A stretch of 64,000 nucleotides of DNA from Macrostomum lignano (Eukaryota). A program made the translations under genes and the position numbers. How positions within the stretch are numbered: position 1 is the first letter of the stretch; each line of letters begins with the position of its first letter. The stretch covers positions 124,001 to 188,000 of the forward strand of contig NIVC01001526.1 of NCBI GenBank assembly GCA_002269645.1, read 5' to 3'. The notes beneath the pieces were generated by a model. That model worked only from the letters and a program-made list of their open reading frames with translations. It made no database searches and was not told where the DNA came from. This document shows positions 1 to 58,930 of this stretch, one piece after another.

Positions 1-330
1 TAGATTTCTGTTTTCCTTTTTCCTTTGTACGCACAGGTTCAGCCGCTAAGTGGCATGCCTAAAAGAGAAGACCTACATCAACAATTAACAGCGAGCATTC
101 CGATATCGCGGACGCATTAGCCACATCTTGTTTACTAGCTGCTCAGGAGCAGCAACAGACACTTTTCATGCAGACAGGCTGCAGCCAGTCTATTGATGAT
201 TTGTCTTGTGGAGCTAAAGACAACTCGTCCGGCAAAGGATTAAAGAGAAAGAGGCGATCTGTTCTGGGTGAGCATTATCTGCTGTGGAAGTAACCAGAGT
301 ATTTGTGTTGCCCGGTAGAGCACAATTCGA

Positions 331-580
331 AATCAATGTAACAATCTCAGAGGCATTGTTGGGACACAAACTACGCCTAGCAAACACAGCCTAGCCTAGC
401 TCAAGTGTGGTAATTTGCGGGGGCATTTATTGGGACATCATTGCAGCTTGGCACTTTAAAATCAATGTAGCAATCTCAGAGGCATTGTTGGGACACAATC
501 TACGCCTAGCAAACACAGCCCAGCCAAGCTCAAGTGTGGTAATTTGCGGGGCATTTATTGGGACATCATTGCAGCTGGGC
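331..580 (+). repeat. Tandem duplication, ~130-bp unit x2
   Basis: aatcaatgt(a/g).caatctcagaggcattgttgggacac... occurs twice with few mismatches. Confidence 0.85.
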
Positions 581-1160
581 TTATTTTTCAGCCTATTTTA
601 TGTCGCACTTATTGGGACAGTACTGATTCTAGTCGCGACTCCTTCTGACTTTTTGAAACAGACCCAGCATTAGTTGAACACATTCTATTAAAGAGTTCTC
701 GATTAGACCATTAATTATTACTAAATCAAACCTATCTTAATTTCTTTTCTTCGCAGCTTCTAAAGTCAGCAACGCTAGCGACATGCCTAAAAGAGAAGAC
801 CTACATCAACAATTAACAGCGAGCATTCCGATATCGCGGACGCATTAGCCACATCTTGTTTACTAGCTGCTCAGGAGCAGCAACAGACACTTCCCACGCA
901 GGCAGGCTGCAGCCAGTCCTTTGATTCGTCCTGTGGAGCTTGTTTTTTAAAGTTTCAGAATCGTGAAGTCAGTTAACTGCTGTGTGCCTCAACAATGTGT
1001 TACTCAGTGGACGCAATTTTTTTGCAACCTGTCTCTAATTTGAACCTGTGCAATGAACTCTGTAGAGCTCTAGAGTGTGGTTTCTACACAGTAGTGATTT
1101 ATATAGCATGTGTGGAGAGTTCAAACTTCGCTTGATGAATATGGTGTTAGTGTAATTTTC

Positions 1161-1549
1161 GGGACAGCCCTATCCACACTGGCTATGATGGAATTGTTGG
1201 GACAGCCCTATCCACACTGGCTATGATGGAATTGTTGGGACAGCCCTATCCACACTGGCTATGATGGAATTGTTGGGACAGCCCTATCCACACTGGCTAT
1301 GATGGAATTGTTGGGACAGCCCTATCCACACTGGCTATGATGGAATTGTTGGGACAGCCCTATCCACACTGGCTATGATGGAATTGTTGGGACAGCCCTA
1401 TCCACACTGGCTATGATGGAATTGTTGGGACAGCCCTATCCACACTGGCTATGATGGAATTGTTGGGACAGCCCTATCCACACTGGCTATGATGGAATTG
1501 TTGGGACAGCCCTATCCACACTGGCTATGATGGAATTGTTGGGACAGCC
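1161..1549 (+). repeat. 38-bp minisatellite, 10 identical copies plus a partial copy
   Basis: gggacagccctatccacactggctatgatggaattgtt with period 38. Confidence 0.97.
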
Positions 1550-3870
1550 GCACTCTTGTGTTATAGTGTGATTCTTTCCATTCCTATTAGGTTAGTATTT
1601 AGCGGGTCCAAATAGCTGACACGGATTTCATGTGCCGAATCTTTTTGAGTAATTTTAGATGTTACTGTCATAATAAAAAAGTACATGTTCATGAACAGTG
1701 GAGTTTCGCTACAGAATTATTTTTGTGGTGGTGGCACTAAAACTGGCTACAATAATTCGTGTCATAAAAAATCTATTTGAGATGTGTCAATGTCTTTCGG
1801 TTTTTGATAACCTGAATATCCTTAACGTTTACCCTGCTCTCTTCTATATTCTATGATTGCTGATATTATCTGCTGAATAAATTTGAAGCGCTGATAATAT
1901 TGCGTCAAGTAGCATTCAGCAGGACAACAATTAGTTTTTTTACCCTTTTACACAAATTAGACAATACAGCTCGTAAATGTACAGTCTGTTGTGAGTTTAA
2001 TACGCCTCGAAAAAAATGCGCTCAAACTGCTTTCAGTAAGTCGAAAGCATTATCAATTAAAATCTATTTTAGGGTTGCAATTGCCTGTGTTGGGACGTGT
2101 GTGTATGTGATTTTTCGTGTGTCGCGGCAGTCCCCATATTTGCCCACTTTTGCACACGTGGCCAATAAGTGCCCCGTGCACGTTTGTGTGTGTGTGCGGC
2201 ATTTCCCCTCCAACATTGCGACTGGGAAAAAGTACAAACTGGGCCTGTGCCACGAAAGCTGAGATGACTGTCGCCAAGGCCCAGGCTTTTTGAATAGTTG
2301 ATTTCTGCATTTCTGCTCCGCGTCTTCTTCTGCTGATCCTGCAATTCCATTTTCTGCTGCTTTAACCGCTGTAGAAAGCAGCAATTTCTGAGCAAAGCCG
2401 GGGATTTGAGCAGTCCCTGGCTGAGTGCACTTGGCCTGCTGGGAGGCTGGGATAATTTCTGATATCTGGAAGGCATAGGATTGGGCAAGATGGTTCAAGA
2501 ACTATCAGATATAATATTTTTAAGATATTCGCAACAAAACAACTGCTTTTAGAAGTGATTGACTGCTTCTCTGCTCTGGATTCAATGCGGGCCTCAAACG
2601 GAACGTGACTTCCGTTTGATTTTGTAATGAAATAATAATTTGGGTATATTATACAACTGCAGAGAAAGAGATTATATACATGAGTATATATATAACTTCT
2701 CAGAAACTGACGGCCTTTGCCTGTATAGAAGGTGCGTGACTTCTGCTTCATTTAAATTATGGGTCTGCAGTTATCCCATTGGGAAGTCTTTAATCCCATT
2801 GTGGGATTAACTTTAATGTAAATATTGAAGCGGAATTTAATCATAATCTGAAACCGAAGCTTTGAAAAAGAATGAGTCAGGTTCCTACTGGCCGGGGTCA
2901 GCAGGTCTGGCCATAGACTATAGCTTTCATAGTAACACACGGTAAGTAAGTAAGAAGAAGGAATTTTTCAAGTGCCTGGGAATGACTCAGGCATTGGCTT
3001 CATATCCATCAAACTCTTGTATTCATTCCTGAGCACTGTTTTGTCCGCTTTGTGTAGCCAATATTTGTTTTGCTTTTTAAAGTCGAAGTATACATATAGT
3101 AGTTTCAATTGGTAAGCCTGTGCAACCAATTATAATATTATAATGCCTAATTTGCTATATGCGCTACTTACAGTAAGAGACTAGGAATTTTCGGTAGCTT
3201 TTTTACTGAACTAAAAACTCTATATTTAGTATATGGATATTATAATAATTATTAATGCTTTTATAATTAAAGTAGAGTAGCTCCTAACAGTTGTGGATTA
3301 GTCTGAAGAGTACCCAATCTTTTACATAGTTGCATAATTATTATTATTAGTAATGGTTTCAAAAACCTGGTACCTAGAAAGCGATGCTTCAACAGAACTC
3401 AGCATATTCATGCGAGTGGGAGAGAGGAGCAAGAGCTAGATTAAGCACACATGGACACTCGGTCAAGTGTGTGTGAGTGTCTGTGTGTGCCACACGGAGA
3501 GCTGGCCAGGTGGACCTAGGAATTACTGATCGTTCAATCGATGCAGCTTGACACTGTAGAGGTGAGAGATACGGGACAGACAGAAATCAACAACTCTCAT
3601 TCCCAATGCTAGCGAGGAGAGAATCCGCTGACTAACTCTGCAGGCCTCCTGAGCTCCCCGCTGACTGCTCCCGATTGGTCGGAACAGCTCTCGGCCCTGC
3701 AGTAGCCAGGGCAAGTCTGTCCCAAAAGTTGAGCCTCACCGCTCACTCTGAGCTCCCTGTTTAGATATCAGAAAGCACATCAGAACATCTTACTGGGTGT
3801 AAAAGCTGCCTCTCAAATCCACAAACAAGTGCAGAAAAGAAAATTCGAGTTTCATAAATTCGCTGCAAGC

Positions 3871-31868
<27,998 letters not shown>

Positions 31869-34800
31869 CTAATCATTGATTCGTATTTTTTAAAATTATT
31901 AGCTGTGTTCGTATTGTGTCTCAAGTGCATTAACAGTAGTGATTATACTCAAAGACTTTTTGCTGCAACCGATCAGAGCAACTTGAGTGTATATGGCTGT
32001 ATGAAATTCAATTGAGCTCTGTATTGATGCTCTTTTTAAAAAGTGCATCGATAAAGTCAATTTTTTATAATGCATGAATTGTATCTTGTATGTAGTGCTC
32101 AATCCAAGTATATACCACTTCGATCTTGCATCTTTGAAGTGAACAGGGGCCTTCTTGAAAAGATACTCGTATATTCTCTAAGATACTTTAAATTATAATG
32201 TATTACAATGTTATTATATATATAGTAGCTTGTATATTTATTGATTTATAATTTATATCATTAGCGTAAGTTCTTATTCGAATTATAATTTATTTTTCAC
32301 ATTACCTAAAGATAATGTTATTAATTATTTTGAGATTTGCGCAAAACTGATTTGTACTGTTACTAATCTATCAATTATTTCACTAAATGGTTTGGCAAAC
32401 TGAGCTACTGAATACAACCACAATCTGCTATTTTCAATTAAGGACTGCGCTTGTCTGTAAAAGTTTGAAAAATCTACCTTTTTAAAATGTCATCAATTGG
32501 TTTTCTGATTAGAAGCAGCAAAAATGTCTTTCAGCGATATAATTACCGTCCTTAGCACATACGTGTATGTATAGTAGCTAGCTCTATTTTTCAAAGAATT
32601 TAAAAGTAAATTAAAATTTACAAATTGGCAATACAAGCCAACAAATTTCAACACCCCTTAAGGATTCCCAACTCCAGTGAGCACTAGTCGTGTCCTGCTC
32701 AAAATATTTACTAGATAAATAATTCCCTTACGTGTATATTAATTTTACTTCGGTTAATCGCAGTTAACCTAATCAACATGAAAAGGAAATCCGAATTATG
32801 AGGTCAAGGCATTATTAATTGATGCAAGCTGATTAATATATTGTTTTAATTGCCGATGCGTTATTGATGGATATTACTTTCTATTCATTCGATTTTTATA
32901 AAAGCATAAAAATAATATCAGCTAGTAAAACATTATAACATTCAATATTTTATATCTAATCAATCTCACCCGCAAAATTTGTGCACTGTTTGGTGCACCT
33001 CCTGCAGTTTCCGTACACTTTCAACTTGAAAGTAATTTAGTACATGTACATTGTAGTTATCTTATCGATACAAGATACGCTATCTCTGACTCTCTGTCAA
33101 GCATGCAATATTGCCTATCTTATCGATGCAGGTTTATCTGCTAGACAACTGCTAATAAAAAGACGTTCAGCTATAAGTAAATTTGTACTTTTTTGTTTAA
33201 ATAAAGACTGGAAAGCAGAACACATGTATAACGATAAATGATCAGTCTGGTACATTTTAGTTTTTAAGTGACAATTTCATATAGTCGTTTTTTATACTAA
33301 ATACTGATGCCACCGTATTTTAGGGGAATGGGCGTTCGCGCCTTCCCGCTGTGTCCCCTCCGGGACAGCCCTGCAGCTATGTACCGCCCTTGATGCCCGG
33401 CCGCTCCGCGAGGAGGCGAACGAATGACCGTAGGCTGCCTATGGCCGGGCAATGACCTGACGGATCTCCAGCAACAGACTGTCCCGCCCCCATGATTGAT
33501 AGCTTTGGTAGCGCTTTCGTGACCAGAGGGCCAAGGACCCACATGGACCCCACCTGTAGCCGAGGTGCAATAGTTGGTCACTCGGTCAGAGCATGACCGA
33601 GTGGCTGCCACCACTCTATGTGACCTGGCGCACCTGGATCTCACTACCAGACCTCTCGAGGCTAGAGCCCCGCCTGGATTGGTTACCAGGGGATTTAGGC
33701 TAACAGGAGAGACGCATGCAGCCGAGTACAGGGACTCTGCTTGGGGCATGTACGGCATAACTCTGGGCTCAATCTGGAGAATTTCTAAGCAGGGGATCCT
33801 TTGTGGCTGTGAACGAGGCGGACTTGCGGTTTCAATTATTAAGAGTAGTGTGAGACGAAACTGTACTAGCTATAGTTTAGATTTCTCAGGGCGAAGGGAC
33901 GCGTAAGCATGGGGTTGCAACCTTCCTGCTGCCATTCTGTGCCGAGACCCGCTACTTCCCTCTACTGCTTACACACACGAACCCGCAACACGCATACACA
34001 GGCGGGCTTTGCACGGGGAGAGGCCATTAGCTTACCCAAACTTCCTTATGCTTTGCCACCCAAGGAGAAAGGGTGAAGCAAGCATGAATGAAATGATGGT
34101 GAAAGTGTGAATAATGAGGAGATTAGTAATGGTTAATGATTAGGCCCTTAGGCAAAAGAAACAGGCAATTAGGCGGCTTCACTATTGAGTAAAATAAGCA
34201 AAGAGTACGGTATCACAATTGGCTCAGCTCTCTTAATCAAGCAATGGGAAATAAGGGAATGGCATTCTGGGGAGTCAAGGGAACTTGGCGGTATCAGACC
34301 GCGGACAGACAGAGGTTCGTCCTATAGACGAACAAGGACGACTAAAGTAAAGTCGTCCGTATATATAGGACGCAAGACGATCAACTTTCGTGGAAAATTC
34401 GTTGAGGCCGATTTTCGTAATGCAATGCATAGCCAAAATAGAAGTAGTTTACATGCTTTATAATCGTTGCGAGATATTATCGACCTGTGTAGAACAGTCG
34501 TGCAGCATTTTAATATTTTTATAATGCATTCTTATTTGATTTCATTATATATAGCTAGATATAGAGTTGTAGCTTTCGTTTTATAATGACTTATTATGTC
34601 AACGCCTTTTACCATTAGGGCCTAGTACGTGCTAGGACATACTTCTGTAGATCTCTAATCTGAAAATTTTCAGCAACTAGATACATCAGTGCTGCTAATA
34701 GCTAGCTTAATTTTTTACTTTACTAAGCAGTATATTTAACTTTATTTCATTTATTTAATAGCTATTAATAGCTCCCATGTTACTCTGAATGACTCCAGTC

Positions 34801-34914
34801 GAGCTCCAATTGTATCAGATGCATCGCGTAGCCTAAACTATATCTTCTTCAACTCGCTACCATGGTGGAGCAGATGGCTAGGGGGGGGGGCGGGGTCCCG
34901 CACGCCAGCGTTCT

Positions 34915-35750
34915 CTTACGACTGAGACACAGAAAGCTGTAATTCAAACATGCAGAGGTCTTGTGGAGCTTTCAAAATACCTCCTATCCAAGCACTCATT
35001 CACCTGATGTCCTTCTAGGTAAGAAAAATGCTAATGCATAAGATAAAAGCGTAAAAAATCATTGATCCAAGTTACTATTTCCAATTTCAGGTGCTTTCCA
35101 ATATGACCTCCTTGAGGGCGAGTTCTCGATTTATAGACAGGGACATGGAGGATGCTATTTTATCTCGGTTGAGCAAATCTTCCTGAGCGCAAAGTTGCGT
35201 CGAATGCAATTGTATGCCCAGCTTGATGGCAACATACCAGACCAGAGCACCCACAATCTACATGTTGTGGCGAGCAAGAATTAAGTGATGCTGAACTCAC
35301 AGTCATTGACAATTTGTCAGTTGATGAAGCTGCTGTCTCTGAGACAGAAAGAGCTGCACTCTATTATGTATGTGGCTATATTGCACTAAAGGAAGATATC
35401 GCTCAATCTGATTCGGCTGATTTTCGTCACACTGTAGATACTAAGGCATGCAGTGAATTTATGAGTCTTTTGTCTCGAGGAAAGCTGGTGCATTCTCCCG
35501 AATGGTTGCTTGTTTACGCTCTATTGTGCCATTCGTTTTTTAATTCACTGCACTATACGTGTGTGAACCGTGTGGTCCGACGTTTTTGTTCCATATTTGA
35601 AGCATTTATTGACATTCAAATCAGTTCCGACCTGGTGGCTCGCATATCCAGACGTCTATCGAATGTTTGTTAAAGGACTTATTCGAAAGGAGTCGTCGCT
35701 TACTCGGTCTACTTATAATGCGCGTAGACTCCGGAAATTGAATTCGCTTT
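34915..35750 (+). pseudogene. Decayed P-element/THAP9-type transposase, C-terminal part, with a 72-nt intron (35019..35090)
   Basis: Reads LTTETQKAVIQTCRGLVELSKYLL..(frameshift)VLLG|AFQYDLLEGEFSIYRQGHGGCYFISVEQ, then LYYVCGYI and SRGKL. These fit P-transposase motifs (YVLLGxFQxDxLE..RQ..GG.Y; LYYxxGY; SRGxL). Contains a frameshift and stops. Confidence 0.7.
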
Positions 35751-38700
35751 AGATTGTTACTGTATTTTGATTTCTCTATTTTTTGAAATATTTCGATCTG
35801 TGGGGGGACAATTTTATTTTACCCCTTTCCTGGTTCTACTACCTTGCCAGTTTGTAGTTTCGTCTCCTGGCAATTTTTCTTGTTTGTTTTGACATATTAC
35901 TAGGGGCACTAAAAAGTTCTGAGCCATGGTGTGAAAGAGAGTTGAAATATTTTTCGAATACTATTAACATATTATTGTGTTACAACATCGATTCTCAGCG
36001 CTTTGTGACCATGGGATCTTGCTCTTGGTCGGGGTCAGAATTTTTAGTGCGCCACGTAAAATCAGCAATTTTAGATGGATACTGTACTTTTGACAGATTA
36101 TATTTTGAACTGTTAATGTCCGAATTATTCAACTTATTAATGTCTTAAATATTTCTTCCTGTTTTTGCTACCTTGCCAGTTTGCAGTTTCGTCTCTTTTG
36201 ACGTTTTTCTTGTTTATTTTGACAGTAAAATCAGCAATTTTTGATGATTTTTTAGTATATAGGACTGTACTGTTGACAAGTATTTCGGGGTGTTTCAAGT
36301 CCGAATTGGTCAATTTATTGATGTCTTAAATTAAAGGGCATATGTTACTGCCTATTCTGTGAAAAAATAAGCATCTTACGATCAATAGCGTACACAGGAG
36401 ATACATTTAAAAATGGGCCTCCAATGAAATTTTCATCAATTCTGAGTCTTGCATCCTTCTACTTAAGTAGTCCTTGTAGACGAATGGGTCAGATCAACGT
36501 CTGACAGGCCAAAGTGAGCTCATGAGTCCAAAGAAGGACCACTTCGGGAAGAGTGGCAGGATCTGAGGGTTCTCACGCCGAAAACCGCTCCCTTAAATAG
36601 ACCTCACGGCCGCCGCTCCAAGGTCGTTTCCATGACTCCCTCTCTCTGATTGGCTGCCGGAGAAATGACGTCAGAATTAGTCATGATGAGAAACATGAGA
36701 ACGCCATAGCAACATGAGAAATTGAGAAATTGCGCAATCCGGAGGAGGTGGGGGATAATGAGCACAGCGGGGGTCGAGAAAGTGTTGCGCAAGCAAACAT
36801 TGAGAACAATGGGGCTCGGGTCGAGAACAAAGGAAATGGAAATCGGGGATAATTGGGGAGAACTGAGAACAATAGAAAAGTAAACATTGGAGAAAAGGTG
36901 CTAATTGGGTGCGAAAAGGAGAACCATAGAAAGAGAAAATCTGGGAAAATGTGGTAATTAGGTTCGAAAACGAGAACAAAAGAATAAAAAACGAGAACAA
37001 TAGAAGCAGAGGTGGGATGGGTGTCGCATGAGAAATCTTGAGAAGAGAACAATAGCATGAGAAAAGATTGCGCAAGAGGGGTGATGAGTCATCGGGTGAA
37101 GGAGGGGTCAGAAGTCTTGCGTCGCCGTTTGGGATTTTAAAAGGGATGGAGCGACAGTGAGCACAAAAGGTACTGTAAGTAAGCACAGGATAAGACAGCG
37201 CAAGAAAAACGAGCTAAAACATGACAAAAAGATGGGAAGCAGGAGAAGTACATGATAGATGGGGTGGGGCGCATGGGAAACGGGGAGACGGGTGAGGTGC
37301 AGAAAGAAAAGGGGGCTCCGGAAAGGCACGTGTGGCTGAGTGGGAGACAGAACCGAGACAGCAGGGGGATGCAACAGAGCGGGAGTCAGTTGGCCTGGTC
37401 AGGGACCCGGCCCAGTCTTGACAGCTCTGCCCAGTAGGTGCACGGAGGCCGGAGGTACTTTTGAAAAATTCCCTCACCAGATCCCGCGACAGAGCGTGGT
37501 TTCATCAATACGCTTTTGTAGTTTCTCGACATAGAATTTAAGTACTGAAGAAAAGAAGAATAACTGATGTTCATTTGTTTTTTTTCAGAAAATATACATG
37601 CAGTATGATTTCGATTATACTATATGATTTTGGGAGCTAAATTCCGGCGTAAGTGATTTGAATCATGCTTATAAGTGTATAGAAATCGTAATAAACAGGC
37701 TTCATATTTGGAGTTTTTAATGGATACTGCGGAAGCTGGATCAGCAATTTATCAATTGGTAAATTATTGATATATTCGTTAAACTAAAGACAATATATTT
37801 CTAGCTATTATTAAACAAAAAGTTCTCAACAATCTTGTTTCAATCTGCCAGAACGGGTCGGACTCAAGTCTAAATAATCTTAGACAAAGAGAGAATATAT
37901 ATAATAATAAGGAAAAATAGAAACGCGTACAAGCAAAATAATACATAAAACTAGACATGCACACAAAAAGTATTGAGTTACCATTTTTACTGTTGAGTGC
38001 AACTGCAAAAACAGTTTTTGTTGTTATTTTTTGTTATAGAACACACGAACAGTTTCTCCGATTTCGATAACACAAACGGGCGCAAATTGAAGCGAGAAAT
38101 TCAATAATATACTTTTATATTCTAGACGAGGAGAAAAGACTGCAAACAATTTTAGTCACAAGTTTAAAAATTCTATAGCATAATAGGTTCTTTAATATAA
38201 TAGATAATGTTACACAAGAAGTTCCTCAAAAGCTTACTTAATACACAATATAAACTCAAGAAGCAAATTAAACTAATAAACTATGAATACGTGAATGCAC
38301 ACCACAATGTTGAAAACACCAAAAGACGCGGTATCACCTATATAGAAAGAAAAGTTTACATCACAAACAGCTAAATACAGACAAATTCGCAATCGGATAG
38401 TGCATAAAATCGTTTTAAAACAATTATATTAGTATCACAAAAATATTTTTAGAAAAAGCATATACAAGCTAAAAAGTTGACAAATGAGGGCAGGTCTTGA
38501 TTGAAAGTTATAAGCGCAAATTTAATAATGAAACAGTCTCAAGCTTTACTATGAGGGTAAAGAACAAGAAAGAATGAAATAGCTAAAGCGCACAGTTTGG
38601 CCAACGAAGAGGGGCAAGCAAATATGGGAATTGGGAATGGATAGCGACTATCCGATAGCGTTCCTAATCAGATGGTATTAAATTTGTTTTTTAACCTTCA

Positions 38701-40019
38701 AGATTAAAGCAGTAAAACAGGGAATTATTAACTCTCACTACTCGGATTACCTGAGCAATAATAATATTATTTCGCATGCATAATTTTTTATTAAATACGC
38801 TCGTGTCTTTACCTTAGGAAAATTGTTAGCTTATCAAAAACGTAATGTAGTTGAACAATACAACCTCGACAAGGACAGTCGATACATTTTAGCTAGATGA
38901 CAATTAAAAAAGTACCAACTTTTACTAGTTAGCTTACAGTTAATAAATATTTTTAGCATACATGTATGTATCCAGCGGTTCACGTGTTCGACAAGACTGT
39001 CTAATAAAATTTAAAAACAATATATAGAAATATTATTCGAACAGCTGCACAACAAATAGATTAAGTTATAGACACAAAATACAAATATGCAAACAAGACA
39101 CAAATAAGCATTATCTATTAACAGCAATGAGGGAATGGCATGCCGATATGTTTTAAAATTACATAAAATTACATAAATTTTAACAAAATAAAATTGGGGA
39201 CTAGAATTTATTCCTTTTTGTCCGTAATAACACTCAGGAGTAGGTTAAATCTAGAGAATATAATTGTAACTTAAAACAGCCGGCACAAGATAAAAACGTT
39301 ATAATTTTTTTATAATAAAGGGATGGTCAATCGGATGGCCAAGAATTGTCGCATTGTGAAAAATACAAATTTCTTGTTCAATAAGGACTTTGACTGAAGG
39401 TTATATGTAACCGCGTAATGAAGACATGCAAAAGGAAAGCTTGCATAGACTTTAAGGGAAATATATAACTAGTTTCGGACACGCAATTTAATTGATTAAT
39501 CCCAGTAAACTTAGCATCTTAAAATCTGTGGCAAAATCAAATCCTGACCACTTTGTCTGAAATATGAGTAAATATGTCTAGAAGGTAATAAGGTAATTAT
39601 CTAGAAGGCTGATAATAAATATATTCGAAATAGCTATCGTTAACTAATGAATTCTATAATTTTTTAGATTTGTATCTCAAAGATAGTATAATAATAATAA
39701 TAGTAATTATTATTAATAATAGTAGTATATATACTTATAATAGTATTTTATTATTAGTGTTCGAAATCCGAAAAAATTGTTAAGCATCATTGTTTTTTGT
39801 TAAAAAATATGCGTTACAACAATTATAATAAACAATAAAGTTGCAATTCTAATAACACGCATTTGTGTCCCACACACATCTGTAATATGAGTAAGCAAAA
39901 AAATGATTTATCGATGCGACACCAGCCGTTCGGGTTTACAAAACATACACATAATGTAGTTGTGTTGTTGCCGCCTCCTCACTGACACTGTCAAACTGCA
40001 TCATTGATCTTTCGCTCAC

Positions 40020-57158
<17,139 letters not shown>

Positions 57159-57879
57159 GATGATTAACGCAGTTAATAGGGTACTGAATAAAGCTTAAAA
57201 GAGAATTCGACGAGCTTTATAGTTAATATTGAGAGAGCTAGGGTTGTTTAAGATAGCAAAAAAGGCTGAAATTACAAACTTGAATTCACAACGTTAAAAA
57301 TTGCAGCAGAGATTCCTAATAAAATTTTAGAAATATTAAAATTTAAAACAAGCGTACTGATTACTGTCTATGCTTGCAATTATTTATGCATAGGACAATA
57401 ATTAAACTACTTAATTTTGTTTTAACTAAAAGTTCAAGTCAGAAAAGCAAACTAATTTTACAAATTTAAGTTAGACTGAAAAAAGTTGTAATATAAGCTT
57501 TTTTAAGACCTACATATTTAATTAAATTTTTATCACTGTGTTTTCTTCTGTTTTAAGCTTTTTGCCTTCAAGGTATTCACGTAATTTTCGTGCCAAATTA
57601 CTATACAAGGCACTGGTTTGATGAAAAAATGCACTATTTAAGCCCTCATGAAGCCGTACAGTGCTATCATTAAAAACCTATAGACTTCTCGAACTTAGTT
57701 ACTGGTGTCCTAACTTCCTAAGCTATTTTGTTTTAGCTTTTTTGCAGATTACAAGTTGAACTGGTCTCGGTAAAATTGGTTCACTATTTCTTGGAAAACA
57801 TGACTTTTTAAAATATGAGGTGGGGGTGGAGAAGAATTTTCTTGGAAACTCTCGGTTTCAAAATTTTGCTGACACCAGT

Positions 57880-58930
57880 GAGGTGGGGCGGATTCCTCGT
57901 TTGAATTGCCGCCTGCGTTGTAGAAGCACGAATAAAGCCGGAAAATTGTACAATTGATGCGTTGATTCTTCTCCTTGGTTACTCCGTCTGCCGGGTCCTC
58001 AATTCCGGGGGGAGGGTAGTCGTAATCGCAGTCGAGCGGTCTAGTAGCGGCCCGAGTCGTTCAGATTGGGTCCTCAGACACCGTAAACTCGTAGTTCGTC
58101 GAATATGCTCGTTTGGTTACTAACAGTAGTAAAGTAGCGCTGCCACCACCGTAAATGTCGTTTTACGGAACGTTGAGGGTCTCAGAGCTTTCTTTGAGTT
58201 GAGACTGACTGGTTATTTTACGCCCCGCGGGCAAATGACTCAATAGAAACTAAAGGCTTCGATTCTGAACAGCTGTATGAATAATAATAATATTGGCGAA
58301 CTTATTAATTATGATTGCGTTAATATTATTGTTATCGTTACTTATTGTTACTACGCGAGATAATTGACCAACAACCAACAGAGAGAGAGAGCGAGCGAGC
58401 AAAAAAATAATAATTAAAAACACTAAACAATCAAACACAACTAAGGAAAAGAGAAGTAAAACGCAACGATTTTATACATAAAAGTTTCACAGATCCAATA
58501 GGGGGAACACCGAAGGGAACACTGGGTGGAACACCGGGGGGAACACTGGCGGGAAAAGGCAAAACCCGGAAGGAAAATACAGCAAAACAAAGCGGGACCA
58601 AGGGAAGGGGCAACTATTGGACCACAGGTAGGGGCAACGAAAGGAAAACACACAGTTCAACCGGGGGAGCAGGGGTGACGTCAAGAATATCCCTCCGGGG
58701 GAGGCGCTTCGCGCGTCGCCAACCGTTGCAGGAGCCCCAGTGGTAGACCGGCCTACCACAAATACACTAATTTATTAGAAATCTTGATAGCCAAAGTAAC
58801 TGATTGCGAATTTATTGTTTTGTTAATTGATAATGTTGGATTTGCACTTGTAGTTCATGTGATCGGACCTTTGGTGTATGAGAATTGGTTTTTCAAAGTC
58901 TAAGACTCATAAAAAGCTATTTTGACTGTC
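57880..58930. promoter_or_regulatory. Probable bidirectional promoter / 5'UTR region between CaMKII and Exo70-like
   Basis: The two ATGs diverge and are ~1.8 kb apart; CpG/GC-richer islands at ~57880-58230 and ~58490-58760. TSSs are not determinable. Confidence 0.45.

Noticed and set aside
2050-2750. Overlapping minus-strand ORFs with Cys/His, vaguely like a gag zinc knuckle
   Set aside because: No intact CCHC spacing, and no LTR or pol nearby; cannot be supported without a profile search.
33500-33600. Hammerhead-like string on - (CTGACCGA-gtgacca...tggtcac-GAA-AGCGCT-A)
   Set aside because: The core has an extra base versus CUGANGA, stem I does not pair, and the core is sequestered in a competing 10-bp hairpin. 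An Infernal search would settle it.
36480-37560. Purine-rich, GC-richer block (similar block at ~52320-52680), possibly an LTR or repeat remnant
   Set aside because: No terminal TG..CA with TSD, PBS/PPT or coding motif could be identified.
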